DNA of 64,000 bases from assembly GCA_963667255.1 (NCBI GenBank), contig OY762940.1, forward strand, positions 32,001 through 96,000, read 5' to 3'. Each line of letters opens with the position of its first letter. The first letter of the stretch is position 1. Under the pieces are notes generated by a model. It saw nothing but the letters and a program-made list of their open reading frames with translations, was not told the DNA's origin and searched no databases. The DNA comes from Candidatus Cloacimonadota bacterium. GTDB taxonomy: Bacteria; Cloacimonadota; Cloacimonadia; G963667145. Made by a program: the position numbers and the translations under genes. This document shows, in pieces, positions 20,814-31,351 of this stretch.

Positions 20814-21833
20814 TTATTTAATTCCTCGGATCAACCAATTAACTGATTTCAAGTTCTCATCCGAAATCTTCTCTCCGGCAGGCACTCGCAAAAATCCCTC
20901 ATTATCAAAAATAGGACCAATAAAAATATCCACCGTTCCCATCTCCATTGTAGTGTTACTAAAAACTCCCATATCGTCTGCGGACAATCGTTCTCTATAT
21001 CTAGAAAGTTTTATACTATTTTCTTTAAATCCATATTCGTAACTTTTTTCAAGTTTGTTGTTACAAAAATCTTCCATCACATTTTTCCAAAGCATTCCAT
21101 AATCACAACTAAAATATGCTAATTGATTCTTCGACTTCTCGCCATAATAGCCGACAAAAGGCAATTTCAAAGAACTTATCATTTCTTCCAACTCTTTATT
21201 CTTTTCCGAGACAAAAATCAAATCAAAATCATTCTCTTTCAATACACTAACTTGCTCAGACAAAAATTGCTCTCCTGCCTTGTTAATCTTTACCCATTTG
21301 GTAGATGCATTTTTATCTATAGATTTTGCTCCCAGCATAAAGGAATTGATGTTTACGAACGCTTCATTGGAAACAGTGTCACTCCCCACATAAGCAAATT
21401 TGTGCGTCTTAGTTGCCAAGCATGCAAAAACTCCAGCTAAATAGTTGATTTCTCTCGAATTAAATCTAACAACAACGGAGTTCTCTCCCAATTTTTTGTT
21501 CGTAAAAAAAGTAGTTCCCTCAAATCGTTTAACGAGTTTCTCCGAGAATTGAAAGTCATCCACCAAAAAAACAGGATTGTATCCTACGACCGCCATCTGC
21601 CCTACAATTTCATACATCTCTTCATTATCGGGAACAACAGCAAACCCAGGGACATCAACAAACTCTATCTCACTAACATTATAAACAGCAAACAAATACT
21701 CCGACGGGCAACTATCCAAAACCACACTTCCGCCTCTAAAGATGAAAGCAGGTTTGATTTTATCAGCCTTCGCTTCTTCCTCATGACAAGCAAAAATAAA
21801 CAGCACCAACAACAAATAAATATATTTTTTCAC
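20814..21833 (-). CDS. BMP-family ABC substrate-binding lipoprotein
   Basis: Lipobox IFAC; YLAGV, NSFMLGAK, FIGPIFDNEG.LRVPAGE, WLIRGI. Confidence 0.75.
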   Translation of the reverse strand: MKKYIYLLLVLFIFACHEEEAKADKIKPAFIFRGGSVVLDSCPSEYLFAVYNVSEIEFVDVPGFAVVPDNEEMYEIVGQMAVVGYNPVFLVDDFQFSEKLVKRFEGTTFFTNKKLGENSVVVRFNSREINYLAGVFACLATKTHKFAYVGSDTVSNEAFVNINSFMLGAKSIDKNASTKWVKINKAGEQFLSEQVSVLKENDFDLIFVSEKNKELEEMISSLKLPFVGYYGEKSKNQLAYFSCDYGMLWKNVMEDFCNNKLEKSYEYGFKENSIKLSRYRERLSADDMGVFSNTTMEMGTVDIFIGPIFDNEGFLRVPAGEKISDENLKSVNWLIRGIK

Positions 21834-21850
21834 TTCATTTTACCTAATAG

Positions 21851-22961
21851 GGGAGCGTGCATTTAATTGGGTCTAATTTCCACTCCTTTTGAATAATTAT
21901 TGAACCAAATTTTCAAAAAATGATTCATATTTTTTTCAGATTTAAATCCGTCTAAATTTTTTAATTTCCTATTCAATTGTCGATTAATATTTTCAATTTT
22001 ATTTGTTGTTTTATCCAAAAAATCGTAATGAAAATGAGCAGTTAATAAACCAAAGTTTCGATTAATTGATTTAATAAAACGCTTATGAATTTTTAGGCGA
22101 AAAAATTTTTCATAGTGATTAAGCGAACTTAAATTATTTTCAGCTTCTTGTAAAGTTTCAGCATTTAAAATGCTCTTAATCAAGTTCTTAAAGAAAATAT
22201 TTCGTCTAAAAAACTTACTCTTTTTTGTTTTAGGAACATTGATATTAACGCTTCTTAAATAATGAACCAAGCAAATTTGATGTGGAACATCTTCAAAAAG
22301 TTGGTTAACTGGCTTAACAAAGCACTTCCCTCGCCCAAAATCTGACACAATCCCAATTATTTTGTTGTCATACATTTTTTTTAGTCTATTCAAAAAGTCT
22401 TCAGATGAACTACTATGTTCTCTATCATAAATCTTGTAATATATTGGTTTATCAAGTAGTTTGCTACTGGCGACTAAGACAACTTTTCGCTTACCGTTTA
22501 TCTTAATTTCCTTGCCATCAATATAAATTGTTGTCTCATCTATATTGCTGTGTAACACATTATCCTGATATAAATTAGCTCGCTGAGGTATCCAATTAAG
22601 AGTACTATTTTTACAAATCCCATGTCTTTTAGCAACTTCAGAAAGAGAACTTTTGGTTGAAATATAGTCAGTAACAACCTTATCTTTGAATTTTGGTGCA
22701 AAATGAGTTCTCTTATTATATCCAAAATTGGTAAAACTTATTTGGCAATCTTTACAATAAAATCGTTGAGTTTTGACTTTAATTTTCCCACGATTAGTTG
22801 TTCTTTCAGAGAAAATATATCCCTTCTTTTTTGTGTTTAAGCTATCACAATTTGGACAGCGTTTTTTTTGATTATACTCATGGCATTTTAATAAATGTTC
22901 ATAACTTATTCTGTCAAACATAATTAGGTCTTATTTCAGACCCAGTTATTTGCACACTCCC
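21851..22961 (-). mobile_element. IS256-like insertion sequence with 8-bp TSD CCTAATAG
   Basis: TIRs gggagcgtgcatttaattgggtct / agacccagttatttgcacactccc. CCTAATAG at 21843-21850 and 22962-22969. Confidence 0.92.
21863..22921 (-). CDS. IS256/Mutator-type transposase with N-terminal zinc ribbon
   Basis: CPNC...CKDC, HTH, IDGK, VSDFG, QICLVH, TTNKIENINRQL. Confidence 0.88.
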   Translation of the reverse strand: MFDRISYEHLLKCHEYNQKKRCPNCDSLNTKKKGYIFSERTTNRGKIKVKTQRFYCKDCQISFTNFGYNKRTHFAPKFKDKVVTDYISTKSSLSEVAKRHGICKNSTLNWIPQRANLYQDNVLHSNIDETTIYIDGKEIKINGKRKVVLVASSKLLDKPIYYKIYDREHSSSSEDFLNRLKKMYDNKIIGIVSDFGRGKCFVKPVNQLFEDVPHQICLVHYLRSVNINVPKTKKSKFFRRNIFFKNLIKSILNAETLQEAENNLSSLNHYEKFFRLKIHKRFIKSINRNFGLLTAHFHYDFLDKTTNKIENINRQLNRKLKNLDGFKSEKNMNHFLKIWFNNYSKGVEIRPN

Positions 22962-22962
22962 C

Positions 22963-25536
22963 CTAATAGTATTTAATCATAACTTGCTGAGAATAGTCAT
23001 CGAGCCAAATATCGCACAATTTATCCAACTCCTGAGCCAAATACTCATCCTTCTTCTCAGCATACTCTTTTTTGGAAAGAATCTCTTTCAAGTCAACCCT
23101 ATACACCAAATATTTCCCGCAAGACAAATAAATCGCAGGTCTAAACGAGCCCAAATCACCCTGCATTGCAAGACGAAAAATTTGCAAATTCTCTTCATCG
23201 GTTGTCCATGGCAATTTATTATCAGGAGAAAAATTTTGCAATGTTTTTATGCCGCCTAAATACGACAAAAATTCCTGAGAAGAATAATCTCCTTGATTCA
23301 AATTATTAACAAAAATTTTCAGAAACTCTTCGGCATTTTCCTCTTTCTTTTCGTTTTCAATTTGAACAATTATCTCCGACTTCACTTCCTCAAAAGGCAA
23401 CACAGCAGATTTATAGATTTTATCCAAAAAGAACACTGCATAACCATCACTGTTTTGGACTATTTTATTATATTTTTTGTGAGCATACATCTTCATAAAA
23501 TCACCCTCATAAGATAGTAAATTCCCCACGAGGGCAAAAGGCTCAGTGATTGGTTGAAACTCTGTTTTGAAATAATATGGAGAATCTGTATAACTTTTGA
23601 GATTGCCATACCATTGAAGTTTACTGTCAAACTCATCGATTTTCGCTTTGGCAAGTTTTTCTTGGGTCATACTCTTCAACTTCTTTTTAATCATCTCTTT
23701 GGCATCTTCCACACTAAGATAATTATCAGTAAAATTTTGCCCTTTTTTCAGAAAAAACCAACCCGATTTATAATAGAACGGCTTACCAATTTCTCCATTA
23801 TTTAAGGAGTTAAGCTCTTTTTTGAAAATCTCGTCTATTTTGGAATAGTTTAAAAATTCGTCGTCCAAGCCTGAAAATTTCTCGCCAAAACACTCCCCAA
23901 CATAAGAAAAATTGTCCTCATTCAAAAAATCAGTCAAATAATCCACAAGTTTGCTATTAACTTTCAATTTGTCCTGAATATAAATATACTCAAAATTCTG
24001 TTTTCCCGTTGTAGAGAATTTAGCTCGATTCATCAAATAGTAATTTTCGACATCCACATCCGTAAATTGCAAAGAATCAAAATCACTAAATTTCACAAAA
24101 ACGCCACTGATTGCCACTTGCATAGGTCTCTGAAATTTGCTGTAATATTTTTCGTAATACTTCTGCAAATCATGCTTTTTTTGCTTCAGTTTATCCACCT
24201 GCAAATTGTCATAGAGATAATTTTTAGCCTGCTCAAAATTCGGCAAAAAAGTAGGTTCATAGGTTAACACATTGTAGTGGCAAATTTCATCATCAAGCTC
24301 AAAACTCCCATATAAAAAACCGCTATTTATCTTCTCTCTAAGTTTCGCTGCTAAAAGATTTTCATCTGTAATATAACGATTGAGAAAAAGATAAATTGTA
24401 GTATCTTTTTTTACCTTAGCCAAGAGTTCATCTTTAAGCTCTTTTGTTCCCAAATCAAGCTTTTGCAAATAATTAAGACTATCAGGATTAAAAAATTCTA
24501 CCTTCACGCCGACCCGTTTGGCAGTGAGAGAAAACAAACTATCTTTGAAATAAGATTTGTAAGGATTAGCATCTTCCTTGCTCTCAAGATTTTCCCAAGA
24601 AATGTAATCCCTGATGACTTTTTCACAATCGCCCTTATCGGACAAGTAGTTCACATACTCTTTCCCATCTTTTTTAATCAGCAAAAATCCATTGGGAACT
24701 TCGTAGAGAAAGCACTTTTTATCGCTGTTAAAAATAGGCTTCAAATCTATCTCGTCAAATAAAGCTATTTTTTGGTCTTTCCTGAGATAATCGGTTTCAA
24801 AGATTGTTCTGTCTGGCGGAATATCGTCTTCCCAAGCGTTTCGCAAATCTTCCGCCAATTGTTTGGTCGTCTTTTTTTTATAATCAACCAAATCAAACTG
24901 ATTGTTGGGAAATAGAAAACTCAAATCGTAATTGAAGCCTTTTTCGTCGTCCATAATAAGAGTGTATTTGAATTTGATTTTCTCCAACTTATCAAAAAAT
25001 CCATACTTTTTGCTGGCAAATTTTTGCAAATCCAAGTAAGTAAAATGCTCGGGCAAGTCGAAAAGGTCTCTGTCCGCAATAAAATAAGAGATATCTATTC
25101 GGGAATTTTCAAACAAAAATCTCTGAAAAATCTTCTTCTTGTCAATCTCCAAATTCTCCTTGATATACTCTCTCGCCTTCATTGTTAACAAGTGAGATTT
25201 GACATGCTCCAAATCTTTTGATTTCTCCGCTCTCATCTTGCTCACGGCATCCAAAGTCACAGATTGGTTGAGTTCATTCCGATAAAATTGCACAATCTCC
25301 TGATCCGCAACTTTAATCTCTTTTTCTTTGGCATAATCCAGAAGAAGCTGCTGCCTAATCAATCCATCCAAACCTCTGACCTCATCAGTCAAAGATTCGT
25401 TACGCATATATTCGCTCAATTGACCTTTGGTAATAAAACTTTTACCAACTCGAACCAAAACCTCATCCGAAAAAAGATGGGCTATTACAAAAACCAAAAA
25501 CAAGAAGCTACAGACACTTTTTTTCATATTAAACAA
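22963..25536 (-). CDS. SurA/PpiD-like periplasmic chaperone (divergent)
   Basis: Signal peptide, LI..QLLLDYAKEKEIKV, parvulin-like GEIGKPF..GWF and PFEEVKSEI segments. Confidence 0.65.
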   Translation of the reverse strand: MFNMKKSVCSFLFLVFVIAHLFSDEVLVRVGKSFITKGQLSEYMRNESLTDEVRGLDGLIRQQLLLDYAKEKEIKVADQEIVQFYRNELNQSVTLDAVSKMRAEKSKDLEHVKSHLLTMKAREYIKENLEIDKKKIFQRFLFENSRIDISYFIADRDLFDLPEHFTYLDLQKFASKKYGFFDKLEKIKFKYTLIMDDEKGFNYDLSFLFPNNQFDLVDYKKKTTKQLAEDLRNAWEDDIPPDRTIFETDYLRKDQKIALFDEIDLKPIFNSDKKCFLYEVPNGFLLIKKDGKEYVNYLSDKGDCEKVIRDYISWENLESKEDANPYKSYFKDSLFSLTAKRVGVKVEFFNPDSLNYLQKLDLGTKELKDELLAKVKKDTTIYLFLNRYITDENLLAAKLREKINSGFLYGSFELDDEICHYNVLTYEPTFLPNFEQAKNYLYDNLQVDKLKQKKHDLQKYYEKYYSKFQRPMQVAISGVFVKFSDFDSLQFTDVDVENYYLMNRAKFSTTGKQNFEYIYIQDKLKVNSKLVDYLTDFLNEDNFSYVGECFGEKFSGLDDEFLNYSKIDEIFKKELNSLNNGEIGKPFYYKSGWFFLKKGQNFTDNYLSVEDAKEMIKKKLKSMTQEKLAKAKIDEFDSKLQWYGNLKSYTDSPYYFKTEFQPITEPFALVGNLLSYEGDFMKMYAHKKYNKIVQNSDGYAVFFLDKIYKSAVLPFEEVKSEIIVQIENEKKEENAEEFLKIFVNNLNQGDYSSQEFLSYLGGIKTLQNFSPDNKLPWTTDEENLQIFRLAMQGDLGSFRPAIYLSCGKYLVYRVDLKEILSKKEYAEKKDEYLAQELDKLCDIWLDDYSQQVMIKYY

Positions 25537-26633
25537 TAAAAACTATTAACTCCTACCTCTATCGCCTTGCTGTCGGGCAAAAATCTGCCATTGTGCAAAC
25601 CAAACTCCTGAACTCCTACACCAAGCCAAAACAAAAGCCCTGGATATTGCAAAGACAAAGCACCAAAATCCTCGGCTGTGTAATCAACTCCCGCTTCTAT
25701 AAATTCAATTCCTTTAGGTAGTTTACTGACGAATTTGTCAAAAAGTTTTTGATTGTTAATGACCTCACTCGTAGTTGCCCCGAATTTGAGATTAATTTTC
25801 ACACCAAATTCGCTCTCTATGGAAGCAGCTACTCCCTTCAATTGCACATTAAGCTCTTCCCTGCATTCCTTTGTCAGAGAGCGATGAGTTCCCTTAACCA
25901 AAGCAAAATCGGACACAACATTACGAATAACTCCCGACTTAAATTCGCCGACACAAACTCTGTTCGTCCCATTTTTCAGAAGTTGCAATTTTCTCACCAA
26001 TTCGCATCCTGCCAGCAAAGCATCCTTGCCAAGTTGAGGCTTCGCAGCGTGAGCACTTTTGCCCTCAATCTCAAAATCAAACTCCTGAGCAGTAGCAAAA
26101 ATCGTCCCCGATTTACACACAACCTGACCGATCTCATATTCCGGACTAACATGCAAGGCTACCACAGACTCAATCTTGTATTTATCCAAAAGTCCGCTCT
26201 CAAGGAAAAATTTTGCTCCCAATCCCAGCTCCTCTGCCGGTTGGAAAAGAAAAAGCAAATTCGCTTTTACATTGTCAGCAACAACCTTGTCAATCAAGCC
26301 AAGCAGAATGCTCATATGCATATCGTGCCCACACGCATGCATCCAGCCACTATTAGCCGAAGCAAAATCAACTCCGGTTTTTTCCTCAACAGGCAAAGCA
26401 TCCATATCGGCACGGAACAATTTGTATGCTCCCGAACCACAAGAATATTCAACCAAAATTCCTGTTTTCAAGGGAACAATTTGCAGACACGCAAACTCTT
26501 TTAATATATTCAGAATATACTTTTGTGTAGAAAACTCTTTCAATCCCTCTTCGGGAATTTTATGCAAATCTTCTCTAATTTTAATAAGATTAATTTCAAA
26601 CTCCAAATAGTTAACTGCTTTTCCCCATTCCAT
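25524..26633 (-). CDS. M20D-family amidohydrolase
   Basis: LHKIPE, RADMDALP, MHACGHD, FQPAEE, AEDF, LH. Confidence 0.9.
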   Translation of the reverse strand: MEWGKAVNYLEFEINLIKIREDLHKIPEEGLKEFSTQKYILNILKEFACLQIVPLKTGILVEYSCGSGAYKLFRADMDALPVEEKTGVDFASANSGWMHACGHDMHMSILLGLIDKVVADNVKANLLFLFQPAEELGLGAKFFLESGLLDKYKIESVVALHVSPEYEIGQVVCKSGTIFATAQEFDFEIEGKSAHAAKPQLGKDALLAGCELVRKLQLLKNGTNRVCVGEFKSGVIRNVVSDFALVKGTHRSLTKECREELNVQLKGVAASIESEFGVKINLKFGATTSEVINNQKLFDKFVSKLPKGIEFIEAGVDYTAEDFGALSLQYPGLLFWLGVGVQEFGLHNGRFLPDSKAIEVGVNSFYCLI

Positions 26634-26961
26634 TTACAATCACAAAACAATGCATAATAGAAGGAGCTAAAGGTAAAAAATTCACAAAAGGCACCAAATC
26701 AAAAAAAAGTGCAAATTGGGCGAAAACTATCAAGTATCCTTTCCCTATCATTTCTCCGCGAATTTTCGCCAAGACAATCAAAATCAGCAAAGAAAAAAGA
26801 TGTAACCAAAAATAAAAGTTCGTTCCGGACATCATATAGGAAAAAACAGAATTCGAACCGTAAATAGGCAAAATGTAAGTGGGAGCAACAAACAATAAAT
26901 ACAACAAAATAAATCCCCGTGAAGTTGACAAAATTTGCTTGATACTTTTTAAGAAATTCAC
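26611..26961 (-). CDS. Small integral membrane protein
   Basis: RBS aaggag, several hydrophobic segments, operonic position. Confidence 0.7.
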   Translation of the reverse strand: MNFLKSIKQILSTSRGFILLYLLFVAPTYILPIYGSNSVFSYMMSGTNFYFWLHLFSLLILIVLAKIRGEMIGKGYLIVFAQFALFFDLVPFVNFLPLAPSIMHCFVIVNGMGKSS

Positions 26962-27019
26962 ACCATTTTCTCCTTCATGACTACTATTTCAAAATTAACA
27001 CTTCCACCTTTTGATGCGA

Positions 27020-28354
27020 CTAACTGTTCATTTTTTCCAAAAACTCTTCGTTATCTCTGGTCGCCTCAATATTTTGCATAATAGTTTGCAGACCTTTGCC
27101 CAAATTCTCGCTCGCTCCCAGATATCTGCGAATAATGTAAGTCTTGTTCTTTTCCGTTTCGCTCAGGAGCAATTCTTCCTTTCTTGTGCTGGATTTCACC
27201 AAGTCAATCGCAGGAAAAATTCTGGATTCTGCCAAAGACCTATCCAAATTCAACTCCATATTTCCTGTGCCTTTGAACTCCTCGAAAATAACCTGATCCA
27301 TCTTGGAGCCAGTATCCACCAACGCCGTAGCCAAGATAGTCAGACTTCCCTTACCATTGATATTCCGAGCAGCTCCGAAAAACTTTTTGGGATAATGAAG
27401 AGCTCCAACATCGATACCACCGGAGAGAGTCTTGCCACTTGAGGGAATCTCGTTGTTGTAAGCTCTCGCCAAGCGAGTGATGCTATCCAACATAATTATC
27501 ACATCTTGTCCAAACTCCACCATTCGTTTTGCCTTTTCTATCACCATCTCGGCAACTTTGATATGATTGGACGATTTTTCATCAAAAGTGGAAGCAATAA
27601 CCTCCGAATTTTCTGGAATAAGATTTTCCTTCATATCGGTAACCTCTTCCGGTCGCTCATCTATCAAAAGCACAATCATATAGGCATCGTTATAGCGTAA
27701 AATCGTATTGGCAACTTTTTGCAAAAGCACGGTCTTTCCAGTTTTAGGAGCTGCAACTATCAAGCCTCTTTGCCCTTTGCCAACAGGAGTAAACAGAGAA
27801 ATCATTCTACCGGCAACATTATCAAATGGCTGGTCTGTAACAAATCTTTCGTTGGGAAAATGAGGAATAAGTTTCTCAAATTTCATACTATTTCTAACTT
27901 TCTCTAGAGAAAATCCGTTAACATTCTCTATCCGAATAAGAGCAGAATACTTGTCCCGCTGCCTATTTGGTCTGCAAACACCGGAAACCATATGCCCTTT
28001 TTTCAGCCCATATTTGCGAATTTGAGATTGAGAAACATAGACATCGGTGTCACTCTGCAGATAGTTATTCTCCTGCCAACGCAAAAATCCATATCCATCC
28101 GCCATAATGTCCAAACAACCGCAAACATGCCGTTCGCCCTCACTCTTGGTGTGACTCTCATTCTTCTCTTTTTGCGTGCTTTCCTTGGAAGAAAGATTTT
28201 CATCATCATCCATAGCACTCAGGGCAAGAGATTCCGCCTTTGCTATCTGCTCCAAAAGTTCCGTCTTTTTCTTAGCAGGCTTTTCTATCCCCAGCAGTTC
28301 TGCTCTCGCCAAAAGCTCTTTCACTTTTAACTGTTTCAAACTCTCTATACTCAT
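27020..28354 (-). CDS. rho: Transcription termination factor Rho
   Basis: [55 protein letters not shown]. Confidence 0.98.
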   Translation of the reverse strand: MSIESLKQLKVKELLARAELLGIEKPAKKKTELLEQIAKAESLALSAMDDDENLSSKESTQKEKNESHTKSEGERHVCGCLDIMADGYGFLRWQENNYLQSDTDVYVSQSQIRKYGLKKGHMVSGVCRPNRQRDKYSALIRIENVNGFSLEKVRNSMKFEKLIPHFPNERFVTDQPFDNVAGRMISLFTPVGKGQRGLIVAAPKTGKTVLLQKVANTILRYNDAYMIVLLIDERPEEVTDMKENLIPENSEVIASTFDEKSSNHIKVAEMVIEKAKRMVEFGQDVIIMLDSITRLARAYNNEIPSSGKTLSGGIDVGALHYPKKFFGAARNINGKGSLTILATALVDTGSKMDQVIFEEFKGTGNMELNLDRSLAESRIFPAIDLVKSSTRKEELLLSETEKNKTYIIRRYLGASENLGKGLQTIMQNIEATRDNEEFLEKMNS

Positions 28355-28519
28355 ATTGTCGTTATCTCCAAAATTATTTGCTTAAATTTTTTAATTACTT
28401 CTAAATAAACTAGAAAAACATTGAACAATCCTTCACAATAACAAATCAAAGATTACCCAATATTTCCGTGAACAAGATTATATAATTATTAACAAGAATT
28501 ACAATCAAACCAAGTCGGC

Positions 28520-28560
28520 AAAAAAAATAGCAAGGTGGCAATTTGGAATAAACTGCCACC
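28520..28560 (-). terminator. Intrinsic terminator after serC
   Basis: Minus strand ggtggcagttt-attcc-aaattgccacc followed by a U-rich tail. Confidence 0.6.
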
Positions 28561-28572
28561 CAAAAAATAAAA

Positions 28573-29652
28573 CTACTTATTATTACTTTCGAATTTTTTC
28601 ATGAAATCAATCAAGAAATCAACACTCTTCATAGGCATAGCGTTGTAGAAAGAGGCTCTACATCCACCTACTGATCTGTGACCCTTTAGAGACAACATAT
28701 TAAGCTTTCCGGCTTCTGCCAAGAATTGTTTTTCCAACTCTTCTGAAGGCAATCTGAAAGGAATATTCATCAAAGAACGGTCTTCCTCTACCACAGTTCC
28801 TCTATAGAAATCGGAGCTATCCAACAAATTGTATAATTTGCCAGCTTTCTCTTTGTTAATCTCATGAACGCCTGCAAGTCCGCCGTTGCTCTCTATCCAC
28901 TTGAGCACCAAACCAACTACATAGATAGTGAAAGCAGGAGGAGTGTTGAACATAGAATCTTTGCTGATGTGAACATTATAATCCATCATCGTGGAAAGAC
29001 CCTTGTTGCCACTCTCGGCAAAAGAGTTTTTGATAGCAGCCAAAACAGCTCCGGCAGGTCCCAAATTCTTTTGAACTCCGGCATAAATCAAATCGCACTT
29101 CTTGAAATCATACTCTCTGGAAAGCATATTGGAAGACATATCGGCAACCAACGGAACAGCAACATTCGGAAGCTCTTTGTATTCTGAGCCTCTGATAGTG
29201 TTGTTGGTAGTGATGTGCAAATATTTGGCATCAGCAGGCACGCCACTCAAATCTTTTGGAATGTAAGTAAAATCTTTGTCCTCGCTGCTGGCAACCACAT
29301 TGACTTTTAATCCCAAAATTTTAGCCTCTTTGATAGCAGCTGTAGACCATGCTCCTGTGTTCACATAGCAACAATCTTTTTCTTTGCTTCCAAAATTCAA
29401 GGCTGTCATCAAGAACTGTGTGGACGCTCCACCTTGCAAATAAAGGATGGTGTAATCGTCGCCCAATCCCATAAGCCTTCTGGCTCTGTCCATCGCATCG
29501 TCGATAATCGCTTGGTAATTTGCAGAGCGATGACTCATCTCCATCACGGACAAACCTTTTCCCTTGTATGAAACAAGGTCTCTTTGAACTTCCTCCAGCA
29601 CCTCCATAGGGAGAACGGCTGGACCGGCACTAAAATTATGAACTCTATCCAT
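28573..29652 (-). CDS. serC: Phosphoserine aminotransferase
   Basis: NFSAGPA, EMSHRS, GGASTQF, YAGVQKNLGPAG, NTPP, GHRSVGG. Confidence 0.97.
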   Translation of the reverse strand: MDRVHNFSAGPAVLPMEVLEEVQRDLVSYKGKGLSVMEMSHRSANYQAIIDDAMDRARRLMGLGDDYTILYLQGGASTQFLMTALNFGSKEKDCCYVNTGAWSTAAIKEAKILGLKVNVVASSEDKDFTYIPKDLSGVPADAKYLHITTNNTIRGSEYKELPNVAVPLVADMSSNMLSREYDFKKCDLIYAGVQKNLGPAGAVLAAIKNSFAESGNKGLSTMMDYNVHISKDSMFNTPPAFTIYVVGLVLKWIESNGGLAGVHEINKEKAGKLYNLLDSSDFYRGTVVEEDRSLMNIPFRLPSEELEKQFLAEAGKLNMLSLKGHRSVGGCRASFYNAMPMKSVDFLIDFMKKFESNNK

Positions 29653-29698
29653 AATTCCTCCAAGAAATATAATTAAATTTGTTTTGAAAAAAAAGAAA

Positions 29699-29774
29699 TG
29701 GGGTGGCTGATGGGACTCGAACCCACGACAACCAGAACCACAATCTGGCGCTCTACCACTGAACTACAGCCACC
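29699..29774 (-). tRNA. tRNA-His (GUG)
   Basis: G-1 + GTGGCTG acceptor stem, anticodon GTG (29739-29741), GTTCGAG T-loop, encoded CCA. Confidence 0.97.
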
Positions 29775-29885
29775 ATTCATCAGTAATATTCACCAAAGAT
29801 AAAGGGGGTTCTTTTTTGTCAAACTCTTTTTGTGGGTCAGTGAGAATGTTGGGCTTGAGATAGATATTCAGTATGCATGACAGGA

Positions 29886-29919
29886 CTCGTTCCCAAGCTC
29901 CGGCTTGGGAATGCATACG
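29886..29919 (+). repeat. REP-like palindrome, copy 1
   Basis: ctcgttcccaagctccggcttgggaatgcatacg; inverted copy at 31816-31878. Confidence 0.75.
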
Positions 29920-29985
29920 CGACAAAGCGGATAATAGTTTTTCTGCCTCTTCTCTTTCTTATTAGTTCTCTTACAGAGGGTCTCC

Positions 29986-30015
29986 ATCTTTTCTTTGACC
30001 GCTCAAAGAAAAGAT
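29986..30015. repeat. Perfect 13-bp inverted repeat
   Basis: atcttttctttga-ccgc-tcaaagaaaagat. Confidence 0.75.
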
Positions 30016-30423
30016 AGAGGAGAAAAGAAAACCGCTCTGACACATAGTAGCAGTCGTTGCGAGTCGCCAGTACAGAAACAAGTCCAGCGTGCTCCCGTGT
30101 ACTCTTTAAGCATTGCTATCTGTTTGGATTTGCTTTGCAGATTACAGAGATATATTTAAGACTGCTCCTAAAGGTGTCCAGAGTTTTGCCTCCCCTGCCC
30201 CACCAAGCAACTGCTTGATTCCTCTGCCAAACCCAAAAACAACCTCGTCAAAGCATGTTTGGGCTTCTTGCTTCTCTACCCTCATGCCTGCGGAAGCAGG
30301 TATCCATTCTTGGCTCGTTTCTTTGTCCTGTCCTACTCCACCGTGGTCAAGCACAACTATTTATAATTGTGCTTGGTGCTTTTGTGCTTGAGAGGGCGGT
30401 GGGTGGGTGCAAGGACAGGCGGG

Positions 30424-30525
30424 ACAAAAAAAACACAGGCGAGTTACCAACTCGCCTGTGTTCCGTATCTTTTCATTTTTCATTTTTATCTTTTATTTGA
30501 TTTGCTCTGCCACAGAGCAAATCCT
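30424..30525 (-). repeat. About 100-bp direct repeat, copy A (hairpin + intrinsic terminator) downstream of the FGE-fold gene
   Basis: gatttgctctg-cca-cagagcaaatc (30499-30523) and aacacaggcgagtt-acc-aactcgcctgtgtt (30432-30462) with a U-tract on the minus strand. Confidence 0.9.
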
Positions 30526-30534
30526 TCTCACACT

Positions 30535-31332
30535 TTACTTCTCCCTAACTATGCGGAAACCGGCGAATTCGTCGCGCGGTTGTGGCCAGTTACTCGAGCG
30601 ATCGGCAACTCGACAAGAACCATCGAAAAAAGAGCCACCACGATACACGCGGTACGAGCCTGTGCTGGGTCCACTGGGGTCGGTAACCGCTTCACTACTG
30701 TAGCTACCATACCAATCAGAGCACCATTCCCAAACATTACCACTCATATCATATATTCCCAGTTCATTAGCTTTTTTTGTGCCTACTGGTTGAGGGTTAC
30801 CTGGACCAGTGAAGGCTACATCACCTACAGTATTACTACCAGAATAAGTATAGCCTTTGCTTGAATTACCTCCACGGGCAGCAAACTCCCACTCGGCTTC
30901 GGTAGGTAGTCTATACTTGTCTGTGCTTTCCAGTGTATTCAATTTTGTGATAAACTCTGGCAAACTATTCCAAGCAAAATTTTCCACAGGGGCATTATCG
31001 CCTCTCACGCCAGAAGGATTAGAACCCATCACAGCTACCCATTGCTTTTGGGTTACCTCATATTTGCCGAGATAATAATCTTTAGTTATTGTCACTTGAT
31101 GCACAGGCTTTTCGTCATTGTCACCATCATTAGAGCCCATTTGGAAAGTCCCTGCTTCCACCAAGACAAATTCCATACCGATGGAGTTGGTGTAAGTGGT
31201 CGCAGTGGTGCCACCATCGTCTGTGCCGGTAGTAGTTCCAGTATCGGTACTCACGGGATTGCTACTGCTTTTGCCACACGCCGTAAGCACTACCACCAAA
31301 ATTAACAAAACTAAACTCAAATACTTCTTCAT
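30535..31332 (-). CDS. Lipoprotein with FGE-sulfatase/C-type-lectin-fold domain
   Basis: Lipobox LTAC, Thr-rich linker, FQMGS, EKPVHQV, EVTQ, YRLPTEAEWEFAARGG, GIYDMSGNVWEWC, RGGS..GFR. Confidence 0.92.
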   Translation of the reverse strand: MKKYLSLVLLILVVVLTACGKSSSNPVSTDTGTTTGTDDGGTTATTYTNSIGMEFVLVEAGTFQMGSNDGDNDEKPVHQVTITKDYYLGKYEVTQKQWVAVMGSNPSGVRGDNAPVENFAWNSLPEFITKLNTLESTDKYRLPTEAEWEFAARGGNSSKGYTYSGSNTVGDVAFTGPGNPQPVGTKKANELGIYDMSGNVWEWCSDWYGSYSSEAVTDPSGPSTGSYRVYRGGSFFDGSCRVADRSSNWPQPRDEFAGFRIVREK

Positions 31333-31351
31333 CTATATCTCTCCTAATCCA

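Noticed and set aside
29699..29774. tRNA-His as the attachment site of the accessory pocket
   Set aside because: The pocket lies upstream (5') of the tRNA and no repeat of its 3' end was found.
29837..30864. Short ORFs in the palindrome-rich region
   Set aside because: They are translations of repeat sequence or of the FGE antisense strand, with no recognisable protein features.
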